64,000 nucleotides of DNA, from positions 707,131 to 771,130 of the forward strand of contig NMRA01000018.1 in assembly GCA_002633005.1 (NCBI GenBank), given 5' to 3'. The notes beneath the pieces were generated by a model, which was not told the origin of the DNA, did no database searches, and was given only the letters and a program-made list of their open reading frames with translations. Of this stretch, positions 25,845-39,215 are shown in pieces. Position 1 is the stretch's first letter. Each line of letters begins with the position of its first letter. Origin of the DNA: Phoronis australis (taxonomy: Eukaryota; Animalia; Phoronida). A program made the position numbers and the translations under genes.

Positions 25845-27307
25845 GTAATTGTCGGGTTTGTTGACCGATGTTGTCAAGAAGTCCCTGGTTGTCGAGAGTC
25901 GTACCTCTAAAGTTTTTCTTGACGAACAAAATGTCAAAATGAAAATGAAGCAATGAATTAGGCTTGCTTTGATAACTACCACACTCGATCGAAACTCAGT
26001 CGACTAGTGCAGACAGTGCTCGCGGCTAGTCTCAGTGAACGCATGAGCTCTCTTATGATGGTTGGCGGAGCCTTGATTGCGGCCAAAAGCCTATACATTT
26101 AGTGTTAAAAACTCTGACCATTTTCATGCTTGGTCGTCTCGACACGACATGCTTTCACGACTCATGAGGAACAACTTGACCGACAACATGGTAAGTTCAT
26201 CTTACAAGGCGAGGTGCTGAACGCAAAGTCCATTTGCAAAGCATTATCTCTTTATGATTACATGCGCGCACGCAGCCTAAATGTTGAGGGGGCTCGAATT
26301 TTTGAGAATGTGGATCTTTTACTAAAGTTCACGGGGTACGTTCAGAGCTATGAATGGTGCATTCGCCGGATTTTGGTAATTCCTGCCTTTTTACTTTTTT
26401 AGGAGTTTTTGTTTCTCTGAGGCGGACCTTTTTGCCCACTTCGCCAAATGGGGGTCTCTTTCGAGCCCCCCCCCCGAGCCCCCTGAGTTTCCGCACGAAT
26501 TAAAATAGAACAACAAACATTGTATCAAAATATGTCGATGGTCTTATCGGCTGGACGGTTTGTTACTGGTACGCCGTTTTGTTTACATACTGTACAGATA
26601 AGCACTGGTTTGACCTTTGAAAACGGGGGTTGGCTATCTCTTCACGTTGCATATTCTGGTTAATTTTTGCAAAAAGACGACTCGAGCAAAGACTGATTAG
26701 GTTGTTTTTGAATGAAAACCAATGCATACTAATGTCTTCGGAGAATTTTCAACTATCTGACCGCCATCTTTCAGTTAGCTCAAGATGGTTACAAACCGTT
26801 ACAGCCGTACAAAGTCAAGTTTGAATTTTGCAACAAACTGCAACACGAACGTCATTGCATTGCTTTGAGACCTTCCACACGCTCACTGGTACAAACAGCG
26901 ATTTATTTTCACCGTATCTGCTCGGCCAGCTTACCTCAATGTTTGAAAAATTTTGGAAGTATCAATCTTTTTGTCAACTACGCGATGTTGTAATGGCGAA
27001 TTCCATGTAGTCGCCGCCATTTTTCAAAGCGACCACAAGATTTTTTGTCTGCACCTATGTGGTTACGTGACCAGTTCTTATTTTACGTATAGTATAAGTT
27101 GACGTTGTGTATCGTTACGTGTTATTTCAGTACTAAAAATAAGCTCCTACTCTGTTCTATTTTTCCAATCTATTCTGTTCTAAACTAAAATCATTCTTGC
27201 ATTGTCTGTTCTGCCACGGTAGAATTTCATTTTTGTCGCTCTTGACCACCCCCGTTCCTGTCTTGGGTATTTCTCAGCCAGACCAATATTTTTTCTTTCA
27301 ACGTCCT

Positions 27308-30300
27308 CACATTTTTTGTTACCAAAGATGTCCGAGTGCCTGTGACCTAAATTCGTCAAAGCTGTGAATGTAGCGCCACCTTCTGAGAGGAGACCTCATA
27401 AAACATAACAACATGGGTGACTGTAATGTCAGTGTGTCCTGTGGTGCTGGCAAAATACTTTGTTTCGCTCGCTTATAGCTAAGGAGAGGTAAGTCTATAT
27501 TCATTATATATTCCATACTACTACTGGCCAGTATGTGCTGATCGGTGAACAGGAGTCAGTACTGCAGTAGAACAATAATAGTAGCAGGCCTACCTGTTAG
27601 GGATAGTAATTAGTAGTATAGTCCGGACACCTATCGTCGTCAGGCTCCAAAGGTCGTCCGCCATCTTCTTTCGCGTGCAGCGCAGCCACGCGGGACTTAG
27701 CGTTCCAATTTGGAGTGCTCGTCTGCACGTTAGGTACTAACCTCTCGGGAGAAACACGCATGGAAGAAGTGAGACTAAAATTAATGCATTTACCGACTGT
27801 TTTTTGAGACCACTCAAAAACTTGTAGATTTTACTAATGCACTTTTTTGTTCATTTTCAGAAGATATTTTCGAAATTAAATTTTCTTCAGATGGAACAAA
27901 AACCTACCCAGATAGTGTTTATGCAATGTATCTATTTGTCCCAGGCACCAACCGACACCCGTTAGGCCAAAGGAAAAACGCAGCAGACAAATGGAACACG
28001 CTGGGTGCTTAACAGTTTCGGCCCACGCCTTGGTCATCAAAATATTGTCCACTTATTTTTTGTTGCAAAACAAAGTACTGAGCTCAACATTTATGTTGAA
28101 CTTTTTGGTTAAAGCATTTTGAATTTATTTGAAGAAAATTAAAATACTTGAATTGATAGAGAATGGCCACCAATAAAGTAAAACATTGACTTTATTTCAC
28201 TATATTGCATTGTTACATACAACACAGCATGACATCATCAAACTGAAAATAAAAGAAGAGATTGAGCAATAAGATGCAAATACAACTTGGGTATTTATTT
28301 ATTTATTGATGATTGCAGAAGCCTGTTAAAGGTGAGAACAAATCAAACAATACGATATTGGGTAATTTATTAGAACAATTGTATCGAGGTTCAATGATCA
28401 ACTTGCACCGACAAAGTCTCAAAGGGTTACAGTTCTGCTTGGCTGACAAGGTGCTAACAGAGAATGAAGAAAAACTGAAAAGAAAAGGAAAGACAGCAGA
28501 GATAAGTGGTGTTAAGAACAACAAGAGTAAAAAGTCAAACAAAGAGGACACAAATAGAAAATAAGTAAGGTCTACCTGGAATAAAGCAATTGCGATTTAT
28601 TTTCCAGAACTGAAATTCTAAATCAATTTTAATCGATTTAAAAATCGACATCATACTAGTAAAACAGTTTGTGGTTGTAGTAGAATTGTTGTAAACCACT
28701 TTCCACTATTTTCTTGGCCTTTTTCTGTGTGGTTTTCTGCTCTTTCAAAAAGGCGGCAGCATATGACGACTATAGGAGTCATTATAAAATGGCTGCCGAA
28801 AAGCAATGCACAGTTCAAACAACTCGGCATAAATAAAAGAAAACTTTTGAATCAACTAATACTATGGATTTGTGAGAGTCAAATCAAGGTCTATGCAGAG
28901 CATAACTTTGAAGTGGAATAGTTGGGTGAGTACGACAACAAGCCGGTTTTATGCTTAGGCGCACGACCATTGGGTTCCCGAGTATACATGTAGACAATAC
29001 TGAGGCCTACAGCAGTGTCGTATGAGACTCATTCAATAGTGGCTGCATATCTTCTGCCAGGAATGTAACAAAATTGAAGTGGAATTGTGTCAGCTGTGTT
29101 TGGTTAAAGAGGACTAGTCTGTTTGTAGTCTACAGTACAGGTTACAAGAGCCAGATCCGGTGTCCTGGTCAGCTGGCCTTGTTTACTGTGTGAAAATTGT
29201 GGTGAGATAGCTGTTACATGGCCAGGTTTAGTAGAGAATTGTTGTAATAAAAGGGGTCGGCTGGCCAAGCAGACACACAAGTTGGGGCCTATTAACGCGG
29301 TAACAGAGAAAAGTCCGGAGTATACTCACATTACGTCCGTACAGGACGGCAGCGAACTCCAGAGCCAGACGATCTTGTCACGTGGTCTTGAAGGGTGACG
29401 GTCACATGATAGCAGGGTGACCTCGGCTGGGCTCTTCTGGCGTCAGATGTCGCACCAGGCCAAGACCAACATTGCCACGAAAAGGACATCACAACATCAT
29501 AGAGACGCCACAGCCGAGACTGACGTCGACATTTACTACAGAATGTTTCCAAGCTTGCACAATGTAATGATATTGTTTGTTGGCGTGTAGGCTATTTCTC
29601 AATGTATGACTCAATTTCAGATGTGCGAGTTGGGTGCAGAGTATGCATAGATCTTACCTATGAGGGAATTCCTTACAAGAGCTACATAACCTGCGATTGT
29701 GTAATCGCCACTTTTAAGAGAAGCAATTCTCTTATGAACTAAAGTAAAAAACTGTTATTTCAGTGTAAACAGTCTGATTTGATGTGTTAGTATCAAGTTC
29801 CCAGGTACTACTCTGCATTATCACAGGATACGCCTACCTCAGGCTATCTTGCTGAAGAATATATACATTGTATGTATACCCTAAACAGGGATTATTGAGT
29901 CAACTTCTTTTATAGAGCACTTCTACAGTTCTAATATTCAGGAATAATTGCAACAATATTAGCAACAAATTTGATTTTGCCAACATACCAATAGTTGTCA
30001 GGGATAATGTGGTGCGAGAGAACATACGCCACCACCCGGTACAACAAAAATGTTACCAAGAAAAGTTGTCCCACCTATACTGCTTATAATTAGTCTCCTT
30101 CAGACTAATCAATCAATGTTATAGGACTATTGATCGATTGCATATGAAGACAAGGGCATTAATACAACTCATTGGGCATTAACCTCAAACTGTATCTCAG
30201 GGTAAATGCTAATCCCAAAAGTTTCCAAAAAAAAAAACAATATATAGTTTAACAGGTTCATAGTAGCTCTTATTTTTCACGCTTTGCAATTTAAACACGC

Positions 30301-31324
30301 CTTGCTTGGGTCTTCACCGGGACTAATACAATTGTACAGCAACACTGATGTCACATAGACATGTCCCACAGAAGTTGTATTTGAAAGAGTTCTGCCAGAC
30401 AAAATGAGACCAATTTCCACAAGTAGTTTGCATGAAAGACACACACATTCTTATAGCTTGTGGAGTATAACAAGTACATCCACGCTGTAGAAGTGCTAAG
30501 TCTCATGGCTGAGATATCTGTATTATTTTATGTATTGATATGAATTATGTTATGTATTTTTAAACATGGAATGTTGTTTTCATACAATTTATCAATTGTG
30601 TGTTAAAAATAGAATGCTTGTAATGCCTTTTGAACTGATGTGTTACAAAAATAGAATAACAATGATATTGATCCACATTCTCTTATTTATTATTATTCTA
30701 CTTTTGTTTGTGCAGTAAGTATAATTTATTATTCATATTTTATTTTATTCCGTGTCTTTCAGCAACAAAAACTACGGTATTATATAAATATTATGTAATA
30801 TATGATAAAATATTATGCTAAAATATCATATAAATTACAGTTATATTTTTGATTCTTTTGCTATGCTTACAAAACCACGTGGAAAATGTCATTCTATTGA
30901 ATTCAGGGAGTTGCTTTCATATTAGTCTTAGCCCTGGCAGAGTCTTAATTAGTTACAGATAACTATCAACATAACTGCACAAACTTCTACGTAAATACAA
31001 ATGATGCTTCCCCAATATTATTATTGCATTGTGTTGATACGCTTATGTTATTCAGTTGAATGGCATTTGCTTTTATTCACCATAATTATCGTATTTGCTA
31101 AAACATCAGAAAATTATGTTTTCCTCAAGTAATTTATAAATGATAATTCCTCAAAATTGGTTTATGTCTAAAAATCATGTTTTTATTCTAGTTAATTACA
31201 ATCTTCGCCACAGGCTCAGGCCTGGTTTGAGGGTCTCTGAATGCAACTTGGTCTCCCACCAATAGGTGGCGCTGTTCCAAATGTGTGACTACGCAAATTA
31301 CACTGGGACAGCCATCTTTCTTTG
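27308..31324 (+). mobile_element. Second P-like element with decayed THAP, left-arm-specific
   Basis: 7-bp TSD ACGTCCT (27301-27307, 31325-31331), present once at the right-arm empty site (~33758-33764). Ends are CA...TG but the TIRs are degenerate. An exon at 29621 after tttcag reads CASWVQSMHRSYL*GNSLQELHNLRLCNRHF*EKQF; a candidate exon 1 at ~27413-27488 ends ...LFRSLIAKE(R) before gtaag. Confidence 0.68.
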
Positions 31325-34300
31325 ACGTCCTTCAGCGACACGTGGTTGGACTTTACGATCGTCCCCATGAATAAAAAAGTGGATTAGATGAGGCGATTTA
31401 ATATTTAACGCGATAAACAATTGACTTTGAAAATTAATTGTACAAATCCACCAGTTAATTAATGTAAAATTAGGTGATCAATTGGGAAATATAAGCTCTT
31501 TAGAATCTTTCTAATCCTACTTAAAATGGAGGATCACCATGGCTAATTGAAATAATTAGTGCACTAGACAAGTTTCAATAATTATTGAGAATAAATAAGG
31601 TCACATAACTAATTCATTTAAAGAAAATTGGTTACAATATTCACCCTTAACAACGCCAGTAAGTTTAAGATGTTTGGAATCCCTTCTGGTAATAGTGGAG
31701 GACTTACAGCCACATTTCCCAGCCCATTTTAACCCCGGAACTACTTCATGCTGTTCACCTTCAGAGTGTGGTGGGGGTGAAAATTACCAACGGGGAGAGT
31801 CGTATTCTTAAAAGGGAGGAGTTGCTTTGGTACAGAGTACAAGTATTTCAAACCAAAGGTGGGTAGTTGAATCTTCTCTTTATTTCAAAGGGGTCCGGGA
31901 TTCGTTTGAGCCCCCGACCACCACCTCCCTTCAAACTTCCATCCTTTGGATGGCGGTCTATCCTACTGTATTTTCAATACGACTATTTTCACTTGTTTGA
32001 GGCGAATGTCCTGATACTGCTGTGCTTTGTACTAATTTGTTTTGTTTTCTCAATGAACTTAGAATCTAATCTTCTTCGCCTTGCAAATAGTTGACAAAGA
32101 GGAAAAAAGGGATGTTGTGCCGGATCATACCTTAAAGAGAGGATCCCTTTAGAAATGGTACCCCTTAATATCGTTAATAAATGGGAAAGAGTTCCAGTTC
32201 ACTCCACCATTGTGTGACGCTTCATAAAATGTTGTACGATTTCACAGAAAGAGGAAAATAGATTCACTCGATTCCATCATTGAGCCATTTCTCCGTGAAA
32301 CGCCTCTTACGAAGTCATCAATGGAAAAACACGAAAAGGGAGGCTTCGTGGATGGCATTAAAGGACCCACTCTGAGGGCTGAGCCCCTATATATCATGAA
32401 AGGATCTATGATTTCAATTAACAAGGAATGCACAGCAATTGATGCTATCTGTCAGGTTCTCAAGTTTTCTCGATTTATACGAGAAAAAACAAAGAAGATC
32501 GACACATGACTATATTATCCATTGTCAGAGAGGAGTCCCTGGAGAACTATAGTTTTGCATTCCCTAAAATTGCCCTCTTGAACTTAAAAATCCACTGAAT
32601 TAATAGGCTCAGCAATAGCTGTGTCGTACATTTTTTTTCCAAATACTTGTATAAATGATTTGTGCGCCTTTTCAAATGCGTTTAGACGGGCGTTAGGTGT
32701 TATTCTTATCTTCTGTACAGCTACTTAAAGGAGAAAGGTGCAGTGTTAACTCATTAGCGCCCTAGCGTTGCGCCATCCTTTGATGGCTAGAAGTACTTCG
32801 TAACCTCGTTTTCAATTTGCTTATCTGTGCACTCTCGCAATCCAATGTGCAGTTGTGCAAGTAAGTCGATCGATTCGTAAAGTAAATTAGTAATCCCAAA
32901 ACAAAGCTGTGGTGATACGAAAGGGGTAAAAGTCAGGGGGGGGGTACTTTGAGACGATGACAGCACCGATAAGACTACCAGGGGCTGAAGAGCATTTTTT
33001 TATTGTGGGAGTAAATTTAGGAAACACAGGTCTCATGCACAACTTCACCTGGATCTCCCCTCGTTTGCGGGAGCATTGATTTTGCAAACCGGGACCTTGG
33101 GATACAAAGCCACTGGAGAGGATTAATTTTTACATTATATTAGCTCACACACCACTCACGTATACATTGTATGTATGTGCAGAGCCTCGTAATGTAACTC
33201 GGATGATACAGAGGCAAAAGCAAAAAATTAAAATTGCCACTAGGGATCATTGCGGTAGTCGAATCTATCCGAAAATCGTCATCTGTACCCAACTGTATAG
33301 GAACCGAGAACTGCCAAATTTCATAGAGATTCAGCAGCAGAAACGACACCTAAGCCGGAGATATGCGCAATATGAACACACATTTATGTATGTGTGCGTC
33401 GCTTTCTTGTTGGGAAGGTAGTAAGTCTTACTACCGTTGTTAAGGGTGAATATTGTAACCAGTTTGCATTAAACGAATTAGTTATATGACCTTATTTATT
33501 CGCAATAATATTTGAAACCTTTCTATTGCACTAATTATTTCAAACGGCCATGGTGATCCTGCATTTTATACATGATTTGAAAGCAAAAATAGAAGAAAAT
33601 GTAAATATCCCAGTAAATCACCTAATTTAACATTAATTAACTGGTGGATTTGTAAAATTAATTTTCAAAGTTAATTGTTTTTCCCGTAAAAGATCAAATC
33701 GCCTCGTCTAATTCACTTTAAATTGGGACGATCGTAAAGGCCAACCACTCGTCGCTAAGGACGTTGAGAGAAAAATACTGGTCTGGCTGAGAAGTACCCC
33801 AAACAGGAACAGAGGGTGTCAAGAGCTGCAAAAATAAAATTCTACCATGGCAGAACAGAAAGAAGAAGAATGATTTAGTTTACATATGGAACAGAATAAA
33901 TAGGAAAAATAGAACAAAATAGGAGTTAGTTTTTAGTATGAAATAACACGTAACGATACACAACGTCAACTTATACTATACGTGAAATAACAGATGGTCA
34001 CATGACCACATAGGTGAAGACGAAAAATCTTGTTGTCACTATGAAAAATGGCGGCGACCGCATGGAAGCCGCCATTACACATCGCGTACTTGACAAAAAC
34101 ATTACATATACTTCCAAAATTTTTCAAAAAGAAAGGTAAGCTAGCCGAGAAGGTACGGTGAAAATAAATCGTTATTTGTGTCAGTGAGCCTGTAAAAGGT
34201 CTCAAAGTAACGCATCGTCCTTTGTGTTTCAGTTTGTTGCAAAATTTGGTATAAAATTCAAACATGACTTTTGTACGGCTGTAACCGTTTGTAACCATCC

Positions 34301-34624
34301 TGAGTTGACTGAAAGATAGCGGTCAGATAATGGAAAATTCTAGCCTCGATTTTTTATAATTTCGAATTTTCTGTCACAGCATGAGAGTTTTATTGTCGCC
34401 AGCTACCGGATACATTCGTATAGATTGGTTGGCGTTAAAAACAACTTAATCAGATTCGTTTTTTGGAAAAATTGACCAGCATATGCAACATGACGGGATA
34501 GAAGTCAGTGCTTAGTGTACAATCGATAAACAAAAAGGCGTACAGGTAACAAACCTTCCAGTCAGTTAACAACGATATGACCATCGACATATTTTGATAA
34601 AATGTTCGTTGTTCTATTTTAATT

Positions 34625-34881
34625 CATGCGCGCACCCAGAGGTTCGGGGGGGTGGCTCGAACGAGACCCTATTTGGCGAAGTGGGCAAAAAGGTCCGCCT
34701 CACGGAAATAAAAACTCCGGAAAAAATAGAAAACGAGACAAAAGTCCACTAAAAAGGCAGGAACTACCAAAATCTGGCGAATGCACAATTCATTGTTCTG
34801 AACGTGCCCCATGAACTTTAGTAAAAGGTCCACATTCTCAAAAATTCCAGCCCTCCAATTTTTAGGCTGTGTGCGCACATG
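34625..34881. mobile_element. MITE with CATGCGCGCACCCAG termini (other copies ~3185-3402, ~10944-11180, ~26261-26497)
   Basis: Imperfect 15-bp TIRs and a shared internal ATTTGGCGAA(GT/TT)GGGCAAAAA block in four copies. Confidence 0.7.
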
Positions 34882-35592
34882 TAATCATAAGGAGATATCT
34901 GCTTTCCCAAAAAAAATTTTGCGTTCAGCACTTCGCCTAGTAAGATAAACTTACCATGTTGTCTGTCAAGTTGTTCCTCATGAGTCGTGAAGACATGTCG
35001 TGTCGAGACGACCAAGCATCAAAATTGTCAGAGTTTTTAACACTAAGTGTTGGTTTTCGACCGCAACCAAGGCTCCGCCTTCCATCATAAGAGAACTTGC
35101 GATCATGAGACTAGCTGCAAGGAGTGTGGCTGTCTTCTCGCCTTAGTTTTGATCGAGTGTGGTACTGATCAAAGCAAATCTAATTCATTGCTTCATTTTC
35201 ATTCTCATCAAGAAAGACTTTTGACGTACGGCTCTAGACAACCAGGGACTTCCAGGCAACATTGGTCAACAAACCCCACAATTGCATAGGTCATTTTTAT
35301 AAGCACCTACCCGTGGCCCTGGCTGGATACAGGGAACACGTGTAGTCTGGCCTCTGACACCTTTTCATCATGGTGGTCTTACAACCACTTTCGACAACCT
35401 ATCGAACTACAAGCCATGGGTTTTTCAACAAGACATTTTAGGTGTTAAAATTATAATACTGTATTTTACGGAAGTAAGTTACATTTGGTTTCTGAGTGTT
35501 TGTTCTGCAGTTATAAGTGAAAAGTTTATGCCCAACTAACAGGTGTGTTTACGTGACTTTGAAAAACTGCTCACATTTGCGTAGTTACATGT

Positions 35593-35650
<58 letters not shown>

Positions 35651-37380
35651 TGTGTGTGCGTGTGTGTGTAGGCCCTATGTGTGTTTGTATCAATTATTGT
35701 TTCTATGATAATTCGTGTGCAATGTTTACCTGTTACACATGTTGTTAATTCGATTTCTGAGGAGGGAATGTTATCAGTAGTATTTACCTTTACCGATGAA
35801 ATAAAATTCAAAAAGGAAGTTTTCCTTTCAAAAACACAATCCAATACTTTATGCTGCTGACAGCGTACACTATACTTGCCAATTGTTCTGCTCTTGGCAG
35901 ACTATCCCACTTTTGAATTTTTCCTACCATACCGCCTCACCATCAAAATGGCCCGCTTTTTGACGCATGGCGACACTGACATGTTATCATAATTTCTCAT
36001 GATGCGACATAGCTCTATTTAACCGTTCGACTAAAAAGAAAAAAAACGGGGCGTTTCATTAGTTTTTTGGTCACTCGCAATTGCCCATGCGTCCGACGGT
36101 ATATTTTGGTTTAACGTCTCCTGTTCGAGAAAAAACTTTGTGGGGACGTTTTTTGGATGTTGCGGCGAATAGTCCATTCTTGCGTTTTAGAAAAGACCAA
36201 GATGACCCGCTTTTTATCCGGAAGTCCCGCTTTCCAAACCAGCTGTGTAGTTCTTTTTGATTTTCGAATGCTGACAACTACGGAACAGGTATTCTTTTGT
36301 CTCTGTCTTATGAATATTGTTGTTGTCAAGAGTTGAATTTCTCTAGTAACATAGTAATCGTGAAATTGTGTTCCAGTCTGACTTGTTTACTGTAACACTC
36401 ACTGCAAGTGCCATGATCACTAATTTTTACTTTCTGAAGAAATTGGTTGATTTATAAACTACTATGGTAAATCCTACACTGCAACCTATGTAATGATCTG
36501 TCCACAGTACATTTCAAACCTACACAATAGCTGTGTGCTCGTTTTTTATCTATCAGAAAGCCTTCATCCGCGAATTTCGGATAGGTATTTGGGTAATTAG
36601 TTTATATTTTTTTGTCAGTACAACCTGAATTTTTGCTGAAGAATTGTATCAAACGGCACGAAAGATCCAATTACTTAAACCAATCAGTCAATAACATTTA
36701 ATGTACACCACAGGCATATAAATACATTCATTCAAATGTACATTCCGCATATTTACACAGAAAGCACTTCTTCTCTTGAAGCCAAAGCCTTCTGAATACA
36801 ATGTAAGGTTCAGGATACTAACACAATTTTTCTATTGGAGTAACCTACCAAGAGTTAACATTCACCAGCTCTGGTACAAAAATTTTCCTAAGGTCTCCAA
36901 AAGGAGGGCATCGAAGCATCAAAGGAGGACCCAGCTTCAGTTTCACATATGTTGCATATGCCACATATTCTTTCACTTCTAGGAATACCCATACATAAAG
37001 ATATATAATTTTGGATGAATGCATTGACAGCGACTGTCGAGAGATTCACATTCTAAAAACCTGGTCTTGATAGAAATCATGTGTCACTGAAATTATTTCA
37101 TTCTTGGGTTAATTAGTCATTTATATATGAACCTTTCTGTTTCATTTCATTTTATGCGGTTGTATTATATATGTGGGCGTATAAGATATGACTGTGTTAC
37201 TCCTGGTGAATGTGTGTGTTCAAATTAACTGCACAATGTACTTTCACACTGTCGTATTAAAAATTGTAAACAAACAGACACGGGAATATTGATGCACTTC
37301 AAGACGTCATGGTCAAGGTTGCACCAACCAATACCCGTCCTACTTAAATAAAGGACTCAGAATGTTTGCTGTCACATTCC

Positions 37381-39215
37381 TTAACTAATAGGTATGTTAC
37401 TTCTACAGTAGCAGAACTTCCTCAAATTAAAGTCGTCTTTGATGCAACTGGAAGTATTTCCATACCGATTAATCCTACTGATGTCGCCCATCACTTCAAA
37501 TTTGTCCTTCTCTTGTCGTACGGTGGCTTGAAACTGGCCAACGCCAGGCTGAGTTTGAATAGTAACAAGATATAAAACAAATGAGGTCTTCAACTTGTGC
37601 CAGTTAGTATCATAACATACATTTTTTAGTGTACATCCCTTAGAGTATGTCTGATCGTGCACAGAAGTTGAAGCAGCAATAACTTTGCTTATTGATTGTT
37701 CCAAACATAGATCTTTCTTCTTATTATTTAACTCATTAATGCGACTCACTAATGCTTTACTCGCCTGAACAACGTTCGAGTCAGCAGTATTAAGTTTTTT
37801 CTCCTCTCGACATGCGCAGTAGTGAACGGGAATACCAGCGTCAGGGCACTTTCTAGTGTCGGGAATTTTTTCGAAGAGACTAATGCCATACTCAGTTGGC
37901 TTATCAAACTGGCATCCTACACACAAATCTCGTATAGTTTGGTGCACGTCAAACGGCGTAGTCAACATATGCTGATTGTGTCTAAGGGCTCTATCATAAT
38001 CAGGGTATTTTTTGCTAAACCATGGTGGAAGAGCCATGAAAAGCATAGCCAGGTTTTCTTCGTAACGACCAATGTATGTGCCCCTGATTCCGCCAAAGCG
38101 AAAGCCATGGTCTCCGAATACAATAACAACTGTGTTGTTTAGAATATCAGATTCCTTGATGTAACGGACAAATTCTGTATAGTGATCATCACAGTGTCCA
38201 GCTGCGTTAAGGTCATCATGTGTAATGATTGTATTAAACACAAAACCGAAGAACGAGATGTTTGCCGCGTGGTATGTGGTAGCAAACTGTCTTCCATAAT
38301 CCAACGTCCATTGGTGATAGCCCTTTCTTCCACAACAAAACTTTGGACTTTTCTTGCATAATGGTGCTCTATTATACATTGCTAGTGCCAAGGGGCGAAA
38401 GTAGTGATGGGTGGGAGATTTGGAAAACCCTTTCTTTAAATAATTAAACGCTGTGCCATCGGTAGCGTCCTCGGCGTAAAGGCTAGCGTATCCTTTTGCC
38501 ATAAACCTCTTCCAAATTAAAGGTTCGTCGTCTAAAAACTTTGACGAATCCCATTTTAATTCGTTAATTGTTTTTCCCATGGTGAGTGGACACACGTTTA
38601 AAAACGTATTGTCCCCTACTCTGTTGAATCCGTTCAGTTCTATTCCGTTTAAATCATTGAGCATGTATTTCCTCAGCTTTGAAAGTTGTCGGTGACCGTT
38701 TAGTCGCGACATTGAGTCAACACCGACCACTAACACATTCAGTCTTTCGTCAATTTTATTTCGTTTGACGTTTAGGTCTGCCTTAGTTGTGGGTAACATG
38801 TTCATCTTGTCTTTGTATTTATGGTAGTTGCCGATGTATGTTTGGGTGAGAAAGTCGTCGTATATTGTATTCTTGTCCTTCTTGCAATATACGTGTACCA
38901 AATCGTCCGACACATTGATACCTTTTTCGCTGGAGAGCGGCAATTCGACAGCACTGCCGTACGTAAAAGTATCGTCACTCTTCGCGATGAATGCTCGTTT
39001 CACGGGTTCAAAGTGACAAGTTACCCCCGATTTCATTTTAAGAAGATCTTCTGTCGGTGTTAATACTCCTTTGTCAAGAATTGCAAGTTTTTTGTATTTC
39101 ATACACGGTAACGGATTTGTCACCTTCTTTACAAATCTCGTTATTGACGAGTCCCATGGGTCAACGTCGATAATTCGACAGGAAGGCGTGTACACTGCAT
39201 AACCGCTGACTGGAT
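37381..39215 (-). CDS. DUF229-family protein, large terminal coding exon, copy 2
   Basis: 604-aa frame differing from copy 1 at 12 residues by manual comparison. The same splice acceptor is conserved (CT at 39216-39217 on the + strand). Confidence 0.9.

Larger units (their letters stand above)
16950..31663 (+). repeat. Left arm of ~31 kb imperfect inverted duplication
   Basis: Colinear reverse-complement blocks: 16950-18185 vs 46460-47710; 19660-24896 vs 35290-40670; 25844-27307 vs 33757-35290; 31325-31663 vs 33427-33765. Confidence 0.92.

Noticed and set aside
25728-25910. ORF crossing the N run
   Set aside because: Assembly-gap artefact.
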